From positions 1-43,480 of the forward strand of contig JBGGMJ010000067.1 in NCBI GenBank assembly GCA_041288095.1: a stretch of DNA of 43,480 nucleotides, read 5' to 3'. A program made the translations under genes and the position numbers. The notes beneath the pieces were generated by a model. The model saw only the letters and a list, made by a program, of their open reading frames with translations, did no database searches and had not been told where the DNA came from. Positions 36,177 to 43,480 of the stretch are shown here, one piece after another; positions within the stretch are counted from its first letter, which is position 1, and the number at the start of each line of letters is the position of its first letter. This DNA is from Myxococcota bacterium. Its GTDB lineage: Bacteria; Myxococcota; XYA12-FULL-58-9; JALHOP01.

Positions 36177-36181
36177 GAAGC

Positions 36182-37024
36182 TTATTTGCCGCCGCCGCCG
36201 CTCTCGCTGTCAGCTCTTGCCGGCCGTGCGCGCACGTTTGCTATGGCGGTGTTCACGGCATCGTTGACCCAATCCGCGATCGCCGGCCACGGCTCTTCTT
36301 TCTCCTCGACCATCCAGCGCGCCTCGCCCGGTTGCTCTTCCCAACGCTCTCGCGCCAAGAGCCGCGTCAAGCGCTCGCCGCAAACCGCCGGGTCTTCCCA
36401 CCGCCGCTTCACCTGCCGGAGCAACCACCCCATGAAGCCGCGCCGCGCGCCGAGCTCGGTGCGCACGACGCCTGGGTGGACTACGAGCACGTCGATCTCG
36501 GGATGGGCCTTCGCGACCGTGCGCATCGCCACGGCCTGCCCCAGCTTGGTGTCGCAATAGGTGCGGATGCCGGAGAAATCGTCGCCGCGTGCCGTGCGAT
36601 CGGCGTCGAACCGACCCTTCACCATGAGCCCCGCCGCGTTCACCATGATGCGCTTCACGACACCTGCCCGCAAAAGCGGATCCTGCAAGACGAGCGGCGC
36701 CACCATGTTGACCATGTAGCTCATCTCGTAACCGTCGACGTTGAGAACACGCCGCGACGGCCAGAGGCCGGCGTTGTGCACGAGGGTCGCGCCCGGCCGC
36801 ACCGACTTGAGCAGGCGCTCGCCCAGGCTCCTCGCCGAATCGAGCGATGACAGGTCACCCGGAACGGCTTCGGCGGCCTTGCCCTGCTTTGCCAACTCGC
36901 GGACCACCCCACCCAGCGCCGGCACGTCTCGCCCGACGACCACCAGGCGATAGGTCTTCGGAACGGCTAGGGCGAGAGCCTTGCCGATGCCGCCGGTGGC
37001 CCCGGTAATCACCAAATCCTGCAT
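36182..37024 (-). CDS. short-chain dehydrogenase/reductase (retinol-DH-like subgroup)
   Basis: VITGATGGIG, LVHNAG, catalytic YCDTK, VHPGVVRTEL. Start at MQDLVITG (37024). Confidence 0.88.
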   Translation of the reverse strand: MQDLVITGATGGIGKALALAVPKTYRLVVVGRDVPALGGVVRELAKQGKAAEAVPGDLSSLDSARSLGERLLKSVRPGATLVHNAGLWPSRRVLNVDGYEMSYMVNMVAPLVLQDPLLRAGVVKRIMVNAAGLMVKGRFDADRTARGDDFSGIRTYCDTKLGQAVAMRTVAKAHPEIDVLVVHPGVVRTELGARRGFMGWLLRQVKRRWEDPAVCGERLTRLLARERWEEQPGEARWMVEEKEEPWPAIADWVNDAVNTAIANVRARPARADSESGGGGK

Positions 37025-37084
37025 ACGAGGGCGGGAGCCTACCAGCGTTTGACTGGCAACAGCCACGTGATACGAGTGCCGCCC

Positions 37085-37708
37085 ATGAGCCAGAGAGGCT
37101 TCGGGAAGACGGTTCTCGGGTGGTTCGTGGTCGACGAGGACGGCGATAAGTCGACCGACGCCGACGCCCTGATCGCGAAGTACGCCGCACAAGAGGTGCA
37201 GGCGCCGCCGGTAGAGCTCAAAGGTCCACTCCCCCAAGTCGTGGACGGCAACGTCGACTTCCAGAAGGTCTACGCCGCCGCCGGTCTCGCCGAGGACGAG
37301 CGAGGCCGCGTGGGCAAAGCCCAGGAGCTCCTGCGCTCGCTACCCGCCGAAACGTCGGCGCCGGTGAAGAAGCAGATCGTCGAAGCCTCCTTGAAAGCCT
37401 TCGGCGTCCCGACCGACAAGATCATCGAATCGGCGGTCTCGCAGATCGAAGCACTCGAAGCCTTCATCCGCGCCGGTCAGGCCGACACCCAGAAGATCTT
37501 GAGCGATGGCGCAACCCGCGTCGCCGACCTCGAGCGCGAGATCGCCGAGGTCAAGAAGGTCATGCAGCAGGCGGTCACCGATCAAGAGGTGCGCACCGGC
37601 AAGACGAACAACGAGAAGCTCGCGGTGCAGCAGGTCCTCGAGTTCTTCGGCGTCGATGCCGTCGCCAAAGTCGTCAGCGATTCACCCAAGCTTCATCAGC
37701 CTAGCTAA
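37085..37708 (+). CDS. hypothetical protein with N-terminal amphipathic helix and C-terminal coiled coil; first gene of the PspA operon
   Basis: MSQRGFGKTVLGWFVV amphipathic start; heptad region ADLEREIAEVKKVMQQAVTDQE; ends 15 nt before pspA. Confidence 0.8.
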   Translation: MSQRGFGKTVLGWFVVDEDGDKSTDADALIAKYAAQEVQAPPVELKGPLPQVVDGNVDFQKVYAAAGLAEDERGRVGKAQELLRSLPAETSAPVKKQIVEASLKAFGVPTDKIIESAVSQIEALEAFIRAGQADTQKILSDGATRVADLEREIAEVKKVMQQAVTDQEVRTGKTNNEKLAVQQVLEFFGVDAVAKVVSDSPKLHQPS

Positions 37709-37723
37709 TCAGGAGCACACGTC

Positions 37724-38431
37724 ATGGCCAGCGCTAGCGCCTTCGCCCGTCTCGCCAACTTGTGGCGCGGTTTCGTCAGTCTCTGGATCTCGGACGTCGA
37801 GAAGAACCATCCCGAGATCGCCTACGAGAACGCCATCAACGGCATGGTCGAGAAGTACGCCGCGTTGAAGCGCGCGACCGCCGCGATCATCCGCCGCCGC
37901 GAGGACATCGAAGAGCGGAACAAGAACGAGACCAAGGAGCTCGCTCAGGTGACCCTCGACCTGAACACGGCCGTCGAGACCGGTCAGGACGACCTCGCGC
38001 TCGTGCTCATCCAGAAGAAGAACGCGCTCGAGACGTCGATTGCGGAGCTGCAGGCCGAGCTCGGTGTCGCGGTGAAGGACGCCGACGGCGCCAAGGCTTC
38101 GCTCATGCAGGTGCAAGCCGAGATCAAGAAGCTCAAGGCCGAGAAGGACAACATGCTCGCCAAGATGCACTCGGCGCAGGCGCGCTTGCGCATCCAAGAG
38201 CAGCTCGAGGGCTTGTCGGTCGATGCCGAGGTCAAGGCGCTCGAGAACGTGCGCGACCACATCAAGAACCTCGCGTCCGAGGCAAAGCTCGGCGCCGAGC
38301 TCGGTGGCTCGTCCCTCGATCAACGCCTATCGCAGCTGCGCCAGCAGAGCGGTGACGTCACTTCGCGCCAGCAGCTCGAGCAGCTCAAGGCCGCGGCCGC
38401 CGCCAAAAAGGCCGGCACGCGGACCATGTGA
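37724..38431 (+). CDS. pspA: PspA/IM30/Vipp1 family protein (bacterial ESCRT-III superfamily)
   Basis: N-terminal amphipathic helix [26 protein letters not shown], then long coiled coils, [51 protein letters not shown]. Confidence 0.88.
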   Translation: MASASAFARLANLWRGFVSLWISDVEKNHPEIAYENAINGMVEKYAALKRATAAIIRRREDIEERNKNETKELAQVTLDLNTAVETGQDDLALVLIQKKNALETSIAELQAELGVAVKDADGAKASLMQVQAEIKKLKAEKDNMLAKMHSAQARLRIQEQLEGLSVDAEVKALENVRDHIKNLASEAKLGAELGGSSLDQRLSQLRQQSGDVTSRQQLEQLKAAAAAKKAGTRTM

Positions 38432-38477
38432 TTAGATTCGCCGTTTTTTGCGACATCAGGGGAACAACGAAAGCGCC

Positions 38478-40139
38478 ATGAAGCTCACTCCATTTGCCAA
38501 GTTCTTCGTCACCCTCATCGTCCTCGCCGTCGTCGGCTACACCGGCTGGCACTACTTCGGCGCGGAGATCCGCTGCTGGTCGTCGCCCGAGAGCTGCAAG
38601 CCCGCGACGCCGCCGACCAACGGCGGTCCGACCGCTAACGTGGACACCAATCACGTCGGCAAGGACGATTTCAGCGGCCTCGCCAACGCGCCAGCCGACC
38701 CATCGCGCAGCGCTCCGGTCGCCGCGGGCGCCAACGTCACCGGCAACCGCTGGCAGCGCCCGCTGGTCGTCGGCATCAACACCTGGGCGGGTCACGCGCC
38801 CGGTGTCGTCGCAAACCTTGGCTTAGCCGCCGGCAACGTGAAGTCGATCTACAAGAAGAACTACAACCTCGACGTCGTCTTCAAGATCATCGACGACCCG
38901 GCCGCCAAATTCGCCGCCTTCCAGGCCGGTCAAATCGACATCATGTGGGACACGGTCGACTCGTGGGCTCGCGAAGCCTCGATCCTGGCCGAGAAGAGCG
39001 TCGCCGCCAAAGCGATCATCATGCAGGACTGGTCGCGCGGCGGTGACGGCGTCGTCTCGCTCGCGTCCATCAAGAGCGTCGAGGATCTCGCCGGCAAGAA
39101 GATCGCGACCACCGAGTTCACGCCGTCGCACTGGCTGCTCCTCTATTTGCTCTCGCAGTCGGGCCTCACCCCCGACCAGAAGAGCGCCATCGAGAAGAGC
39201 CTGGTGATCACCCAGGACGCGCCCGCCGCCGCCGCCATGTTCAAAAGCGGTAAGGTCGACGCCGCCGTCACCTGGGAGCCGGATCTCTCGGGTGCGGTCG
39301 AAGCCCGCGGCGCGGAAGCGCACATCCTGGTGTCGACGACCGCCGCGACGAACGTCATCGCGGACTGTCTGGTTGCTCGCCAAGAGGTCATCGATCAGTC
39401 GCCGGGCAGCATCGCCGCCTTCGTCGCCGGCTGGCTCGACGGCATCGACTACATGAAGCAGGACCCCTCGGGCTCGAACGCCGTCGTCGGTGACGCGCTC
39501 AAGCTCGACAACGACACGGTATCCGGCATGCTGTCGGGCCTGAAGCTCACGCCCTTCGCGGACAACGCGTTGTTCTTCGGGCTGGGTGGCACCAAGGCGC
39601 ACGCCGAGACCTTGTTCGATACCGCCTTCCGCATCTGGCGCAAGAAGGGCGTGGTCACCCGCGCCGTCGGCGCCTCCGACTGGTTCGACTCGCGCTTCGT
39701 GGCCGCTTTGGCGGACAAGTACAAGTCACAGATGCAAGTGGCCGAGAAGGCGCTGCCCGCGCGCAAGGTGTCGGCCAAGGACACGCCGATCATCAACAAG
39801 ACCCTGTCGATCAACTTCACGCCGGGCTCGGACGAGATCATGCCCGGGTCGCTCTTCACCTTGGACTCACTCGGCGAGACCATGGTGTCGTTCGGCAACA
39901 CCTATCTGCGCGTCGAGGGCAACACCGACTCGACCGGCAACCGCCAGTCGAACATCGCTCTGTCGCAGAAGCGCGCGACCGCGGTGCAGGGCTACCTCGA
40001 GAAGACGTTCAACATTCCCAAGGAGCGCTTCCAGACGCAGGGCCACGGTCCTGACAACCCGGTGGCGGCAAACACCACCGAGGCCGGCCGCCAATTGAAC
40101 CGCCGCACCGACATCAAGGTGATCCTCGCTACGCAATAA
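38478..40139 (+). CDS. membrane-anchored NMT1/SsuA-type substrate-binding protein fused to a C-terminal OmpA-like peptidoglycan-binding domain
   Basis: N-terminal TM helix FFVTLIVLAVVGYTGW; SBP motifs INTWAGHAPG, DWSRGGDG, DLAGKKIA, DAAVTWEPD; OmpA motifs VEGNTDSTG, NIALSQKRATAV, GHGPDNPVA, NRRTD. Confidence 0.88.
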   Translation: MKLTPFAKFFVTLIVLAVVGYTGWHYFGAEIRCWSSPESCKPATPPTNGGPTANVDTNHVGKDDFSGLANAPADPSRSAPVAAGANVTGNRWQRPLVVGINTWAGHAPGVVANLGLAAGNVKSIYKKNYNLDVVFKIIDDPAAKFAAFQAGQIDIMWDTVDSWAREASILAEKSVAAKAIIMQDWSRGGDGVVSLASIKSVEDLAGKKIATTEFTPSHWLLLYLLSQSGLTPDQKSAIEKSLVITQDAPAAAAMFKSGKVDAAVTWEPDLSGAVEARGAEAHILVSTTAATNVIADCLVARQEVIDQSPGSIAAFVAGWLDGIDYMKQDPSGSNAVVGDALKLDNDTVSGMLSGLKLTPFADNALFFGLGGTKAHAETLFDTAFRIWRKKGVVTRAVGASDWFDSRFVAALADKYKSQMQVAEKALPARKVSAKDTPIINKTLSINFTPGSDEIMPGSLFTLDSLGETMVSFGNTYLRVEGNTDSTGNRQSNIALSQKRATAVQGYLEKTFNIPKERFQTQGHGPDNPVAANTTEAGRQLNRRTDIKVILATQ

Positions 40140-40145
40140 CGGGGG

Positions 40146-40949
40146 TTGGTAGTGGGCTACGAAGCGTTCGCACTGCGTGCGCCATTGCCTCGTGCATGGC
40201 GCACGCCGCTCGCCCTCGCAGCGCCGCTGCTCTTGCTCGGCGTCTGGTGTCTGCTCAGCTACACCGACATGGTCTCGTCGGCGTTTCTGCCCTCGCCGAC
40301 CGAGGTGGTGCGCGGGCTCTTGCAGCTCTTCTTCGAGAAGCAGCTCGGGCTCGCCATCGCGACGTCCACCAAACGCATCGTCATCGCCTTCCTGCTCGCC
40401 GCGGCGGTCGCCCTACCCTTGGGTGTCGCCATGGGCGCGTTCGAGCCGGTGAACCGCTTCTTCGATCCGGTGCTCGCGCCGCTGCGCTTCATGCCGATCT
40501 CGGCGTTCATCCCTCTGCTGATCGTTTGGTTCGGCATCGACGAGTCGCAGAAGATCGCCTTCTTGTTCCTCGGGGTGTTCGTCTACCTGCTGCCTGTCGT
40601 GGTCACCGCCATTCGGGCGGTACCACAGGAGTACGTGGACACGGCGTACACGCTCGGCGCCACGCGCTGGCAGGTCATCCGCACCGTGCTCCTGCCGTCC
40701 GCTTCCCCGGAGATCGTCGACTCGTTCCGGGTCATGAACGCCATCGCCTGGACCTACGTCATCTTGGCGGAGGCGGTGAATCCGGGAACGTCGCTCGGTT
40801 ATTTGATCCAGCTGGCGTACAGCCACTCGAAACCCGAGTGGAGCTTTGCGGGCCTCGTCGTCATCGGGGGCGTGGGTCTACTCACGGACGTCGTGTTGCG
40901 CGCGCTGTCCGCTGTAGCGTTTCGTTGGCGGGAGGACTCTCGTGGCTGA
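40146..40949 (+). CDS. ABC transporter permease (SsuC/TauC/NrtB type)
   Basis: FLPSPTEV, PLRFMPISAFIPLLIVWFGIDE, EAA-like loop EYVDTAYTLGATRWQVIRTVLLP, AWTYVILAE. Exact start (TTG or GTG) uncertain. Confidence 0.92.
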   Translation: MVVGYEAFALRAPLPRAWRTPLALAAPLLLLGVWCLLSYTDMVSSAFLPSPTEVVRGLLQLFFEKQLGLAIATSTKRIVIAFLLAAAVALPLGVAMGAFEPVNRFFDPVLAPLRFMPISAFIPLLIVWFGIDESQKIAFLFLGVFVYLLPVVVTAIRAVPQEYVDTAYTLGATRWQVIRTVLLPSASPEIVDSFRVMNAIAWTYVILAEAVNPGTSLGYLIQLAYSHSKPEWSFAGLVVIGGVGLLTDVVLRALSAVAFRWREDSRG

Positions 40950-41739
40950 TCCTCTCAAAATCGGCGTCAAGAACCTATCGATGTCGTACATGTCGCGCGC
41001 CGGCGATCCAGTGCACGCGGTCGACGACATCTCCTTCGAAATCGCCAACAAGCCGGGTGCCGGAGAGATCATCGTCTTCCTGGGACCCTCGGGCTGCGGC
41101 AAGTCGACGATCTTGAAGGCGTTGGCGGGGCTCGTCGCGCCGAGCAAAGGCAGCGTGCAAATCGACGGCAAGAACGTCGAGGGCACGAGCCGCGATCGCG
41201 GCATGGTCTTCCAGCAGTACACGTCGTTTGCCTGGCTCACGGTCCGCGAAAACGTCGAATACGGCATGCGCCTAGCGGGCGTGCCGGCCGAGGAGCGCAA
41301 GAAGCGCGCTCTGGAAACACTCGAGAAGGTCGGCCTGCGGGACTTCGCGGGGCGCTACCCCAAGGAGCTCTCGGGCGGCATGAAGCAACGCGTAGCCATC
41401 GCGCGAACGCTCGTGAACCGGCCGTCGCTGGTGCTCATGGACGAGCCGTTCGGCGCGCTGGATCCGCAGACCCGCTGGGGCATGCAGTCGCTGCTGCTCG
41501 ACATCTCGAAGACGCTCGACAACACCATCGTCTTCGTCACCCACGACGTCGCCGAAGCCGTTTACCTCGCCGACACCGTCTTCGTGCTCTCGTCACGGCC
41601 CGCCAAGATCTTGAAGCGCATGGACATGCCGCAGTTCGCGACGCGCGACATGGCGCTGAAGTCGACGAAGGAGTTCCGCGACCTCGAAGCGCAGCTCCTC
41701 ACGCTCCTCCACGGCCAAGGGAACGTGCGCATCTCATGA
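40942..41739 (+). CDS. ABC transporter ATP-binding protein (SsuB/TauB/NrtD type)
   Basis: GPSGCGKST, MVFQQY, LSGGMKQR, LMDEPFGALD, FVTHD. Confidence 0.95.
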   Translation: MADPLKIGVKNLSMSYMSRAGDPVHAVDDISFEIANKPGAGEIIVFLGPSGCGKSTILKALAGLVAPSKGSVQIDGKNVEGTSRDRGMVFQQYTSFAWLTVRENVEYGMRLAGVPAEERKKRALETLEKVGLRDFAGRYPKELSGGMKQRVAIARTLVNRPSLVLMDEPFGALDPQTRWGMQSLLLDISKTLDNTIVFVTHDVAEAVYLADTVFVLSSRPAKILKRMDMPQFATRDMALKSTKEFRDLEAQLLTLLHGQGNVRIS

Positions 41740-42521
41740 GCGCCGACGACGACGAGAAGCCGCCGTACTTCAAGTACGCGTTCTCGAACATCTACAACCT
41801 CACCATGCTTGGCGGCTTCGCCTCCGCGGCGGTGCTGACGCAGAACTGGTGGCTCGGCGTCGCGGGCGCGGGTGCCGAGGTCATTTGGATGCTCTTCGCG
41901 CCGGACTCGCGGCTGCTGCGGGCCAAGTGGTTCGACAAGCGCCATCAAGAGGAGCTGGCAGCCAAGGACAACGCCAAGTGGCAGGACAAGCTGCGCCGCT
42001 TGTCGCGCGACCATCACATGCGCGTCGCCAGCTTGCAGGCCAAGCGTCACAAGATCGTCGCGCTTGCGGGTGAGAACCAGGCACTGACGAGCAAACTGCT
42101 GAAGGCGGAGATCGCGAAGCTCGATACGCTGATGGGATCGTTTCTCGACCTCCTCATCTCGGTCGACCGCTACGAGAGTCACCTGCAGAGCTCGAACCTC
42201 GACAAGCTCGAAAAGCAGATCCGCGAAAACGAACGCCAGCTGGAGAAAGCCGAAGGCGTCGCCCGCGAGATGGCTCAGAAGAACCTCGCCATCCTGATGA
42301 AGCGGCGCGAGAAGCTCGGCGAGATCATGACGTTCGTGGCGCGCGCCCGCTCGCAGCTGCAGCTCATCGAAAACACCTTCGACCTCCTCGCCGATCAGAT
42401 CGTCACCATGCGCTCGCCACAGGATCTCGACGCCCAGCTCGACGAGCTGATGGATGGTGTCGAGGCGGTGAAATCGACGGCGCGTGAAACAGAGCACCTC
42501 CTCGAAGCGGTGGCACGATGA
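41736..42521 (+). CDS. two-TM-anchored coiled-coil protein (XpaC-like topology)
   Basis: Hydrophobic hairpin at residues ~20-55, then long heptad repeats. ATGA overlap with the ABC ATPase stop. Confidence 0.75.
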   Translation: MSADDDEKPPYFKYAFSNIYNLTMLGGFASAAVLTQNWWLGVAGAGAEVIWMLFAPDSRLLRAKWFDKRHQEELAAKDNAKWQDKLRRLSRDHHMRVASLQAKRHKIVALAGENQALTSKLLKAEIAKLDTLMGSFLDLLISVDRYESHLQSSNLDKLEKQIRENERQLEKAEGVAREMAQKNLAILMKRREKLGEIMTFVARARSQLQLIENTFDLLADQIVTMRSPQDLDAQLDELMDGVEAVKSTARETEHLLEAVAR

Positions 42522-43480
42522 ACCCAGTTTGGGCCGATGAGCTGAAGCGACGTTACCTGCGCGGTGAGTCCAGCCAATTCGTGCTGCACGGCAACGTTCA
42601 CGACCTGGTGCTGCACGGCGGCAAGCTCCACGATCTCGTCGACTATCTGGGCCGCGAGCTACTCGCGCCGTCGAAAGACGTGGTGCTCGAATACAACCTC
42701 TCGTCAGGCGTGCGCTTCATCAAGAAGGAAGCGCAGATCGACGGGCTCGAAGAGCTGTTCTTGCCGCGCTCGCCGGACAAGGTGCTGCCGGCGCTGGAGA
42801 AGCTCTTGCTCACCACGAACCGCGTCGCGGTGATCGTGAGCTACGCCGAGATGATTGCTCCGGCGGCCGATGTCTCTTTCTCCACGGAAACGGACAGGCA
42901 GAGCGTCATCACCCTGCACCGCTGGTCGCTCTCGCCCATTCTCGAGAAGAGCGACAATGTCGTCGTGCTGCTCACCGAGAATCTCTCGGAGCTGCACACG
43001 AAGCTCGTGGGCAACCCACGCACCGCGACGCTCGAGATCGGCATGCCCGACGAAGCGGCGCGCGCCGAGGTCATCGCGCATGTCGCGCCCTCGGCGGATG
43101 CCAAGTGGCGCCAGCGTCTCGCCGAGGTCACCGCGGGCTTGAAGGCCGTGCAGCTCAAAGCACTACTCGAGCCGCACGCCGAGATCCCCGACGATCCGAA
43201 GGCGCTGGAAGCGCGCGAGCAATACATCGTCACCTTGCTGGCCAACGCTCCCAACGCGGCGGCGCGCGCCAAGAAGATGGCGCAATTGACCGCGGGCATG
43301 AGCCACGACGAGATTCGCGAGCTCGTTGCGCCGGGCGTGACCGCGAAGGTCGACAACGACGAGCAAGAGCAGCTGCTGCGCCTCATCTACAAGCGCAAGC
43401 GCGAGATCATCGAGCGCGAATGCTTCGGCCTCATCGAGTTCGTCCAGTCGAATCACGACTTCTCGGTGGTCGGCGGCATC
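42518..43480 (+). CDS. AAA+ ATPase, Ycf46-like architecture (partial; runs off the right edge; not in the ORF track)
   Basis: Own translation from the ATG overlapping the previous stop: MNPVWADELKRRYLRGESSQFVLHGNVHDL...VIVSYAEMIAP...LEIGMPDEAAR...LAEVTAGL...KRKREIIERECFGLIEFVQSNHDFSVVGGI. This is open to the edge and ends at the F.xVGG motif that precedes an active AAA domain. Confidence 0.8.
   Translation, partial: MNPVWADELKRRYLRGESSQFVLHGNVHDLVLHGGKLHDLVDYLGRELLAPSKDVVLEYNLSSGVRFIKKEAQIDGLEELFLPRSPDKVLPALEKLLLTTNRVAVIVSYAEMIAPAADVSFSTETDRQSVITLHRWSLSPILEKSDNVVVLLTENLSELHTKLVGNPRTATLEIGMPDEAARAEVIAHVAPSADAKWRQRLAEVTAGLKAVQLKALLEPHAEIPDDPKALEAREQYIVTLLANAPNAAARAKKMAQLTAGMSHDEIRELVAPGVTAKVDNDEQEQLLRLIYKRKREIIERECFGLIEFVQSNHDFSVVGGI

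Overview
A 43.5 kb, GC-rich bacterial chromosomal window, densely coding, with no tRNA, rRNA, CRISPR array or mobile element that I can see. The gene content (Ser/Thr kinase-NTPase-TPR protein, Kelch and FG-GAP lipoproteins, fused TPS/TPP) suggests a Myxococcota/deltaproteobacterium-like host, which is an inference. Housekeeping anchors are rplU-rpmA-obgE, ileS, a fused otsA-otsB and a HIT hydrolase. Five candidate systems stand out. (1) A seven-gene membrane-remodelling operon at the right end: amphipathic coiled-coil protein, PspA/IM30 (ESCRT-III superfamily), membrane-anchored SBP-OmpA fusion, ABC permease, ABC ATPase, coiled-coil membrane protein, and a Ycf46-like AAA ATPase that is truncated and missing from the ORF track. 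(2) A domain-permuted, glucan-water-dikinase-order PEP-utilizer family kinase followed by an MFS transporter. It is divergent from a 79-aa peptide gene carrying RVAGGSLP twice, with 7 of 8 codons synonymously different. (3) A repeated sigma28/FliA-like promoter (GCAAC-N14-GCCGA[T/G]A) in front of three scattered signal-peptide-less orphan genes, one a calpain-like protease. (4) An IleRS that has lost its zinc-ligating cysteines. (5) A Crp-family regulator coupled to a divergent adenosylhomocysteinase-fold enzyme. All calls come from motif reading only; no database searches were run.
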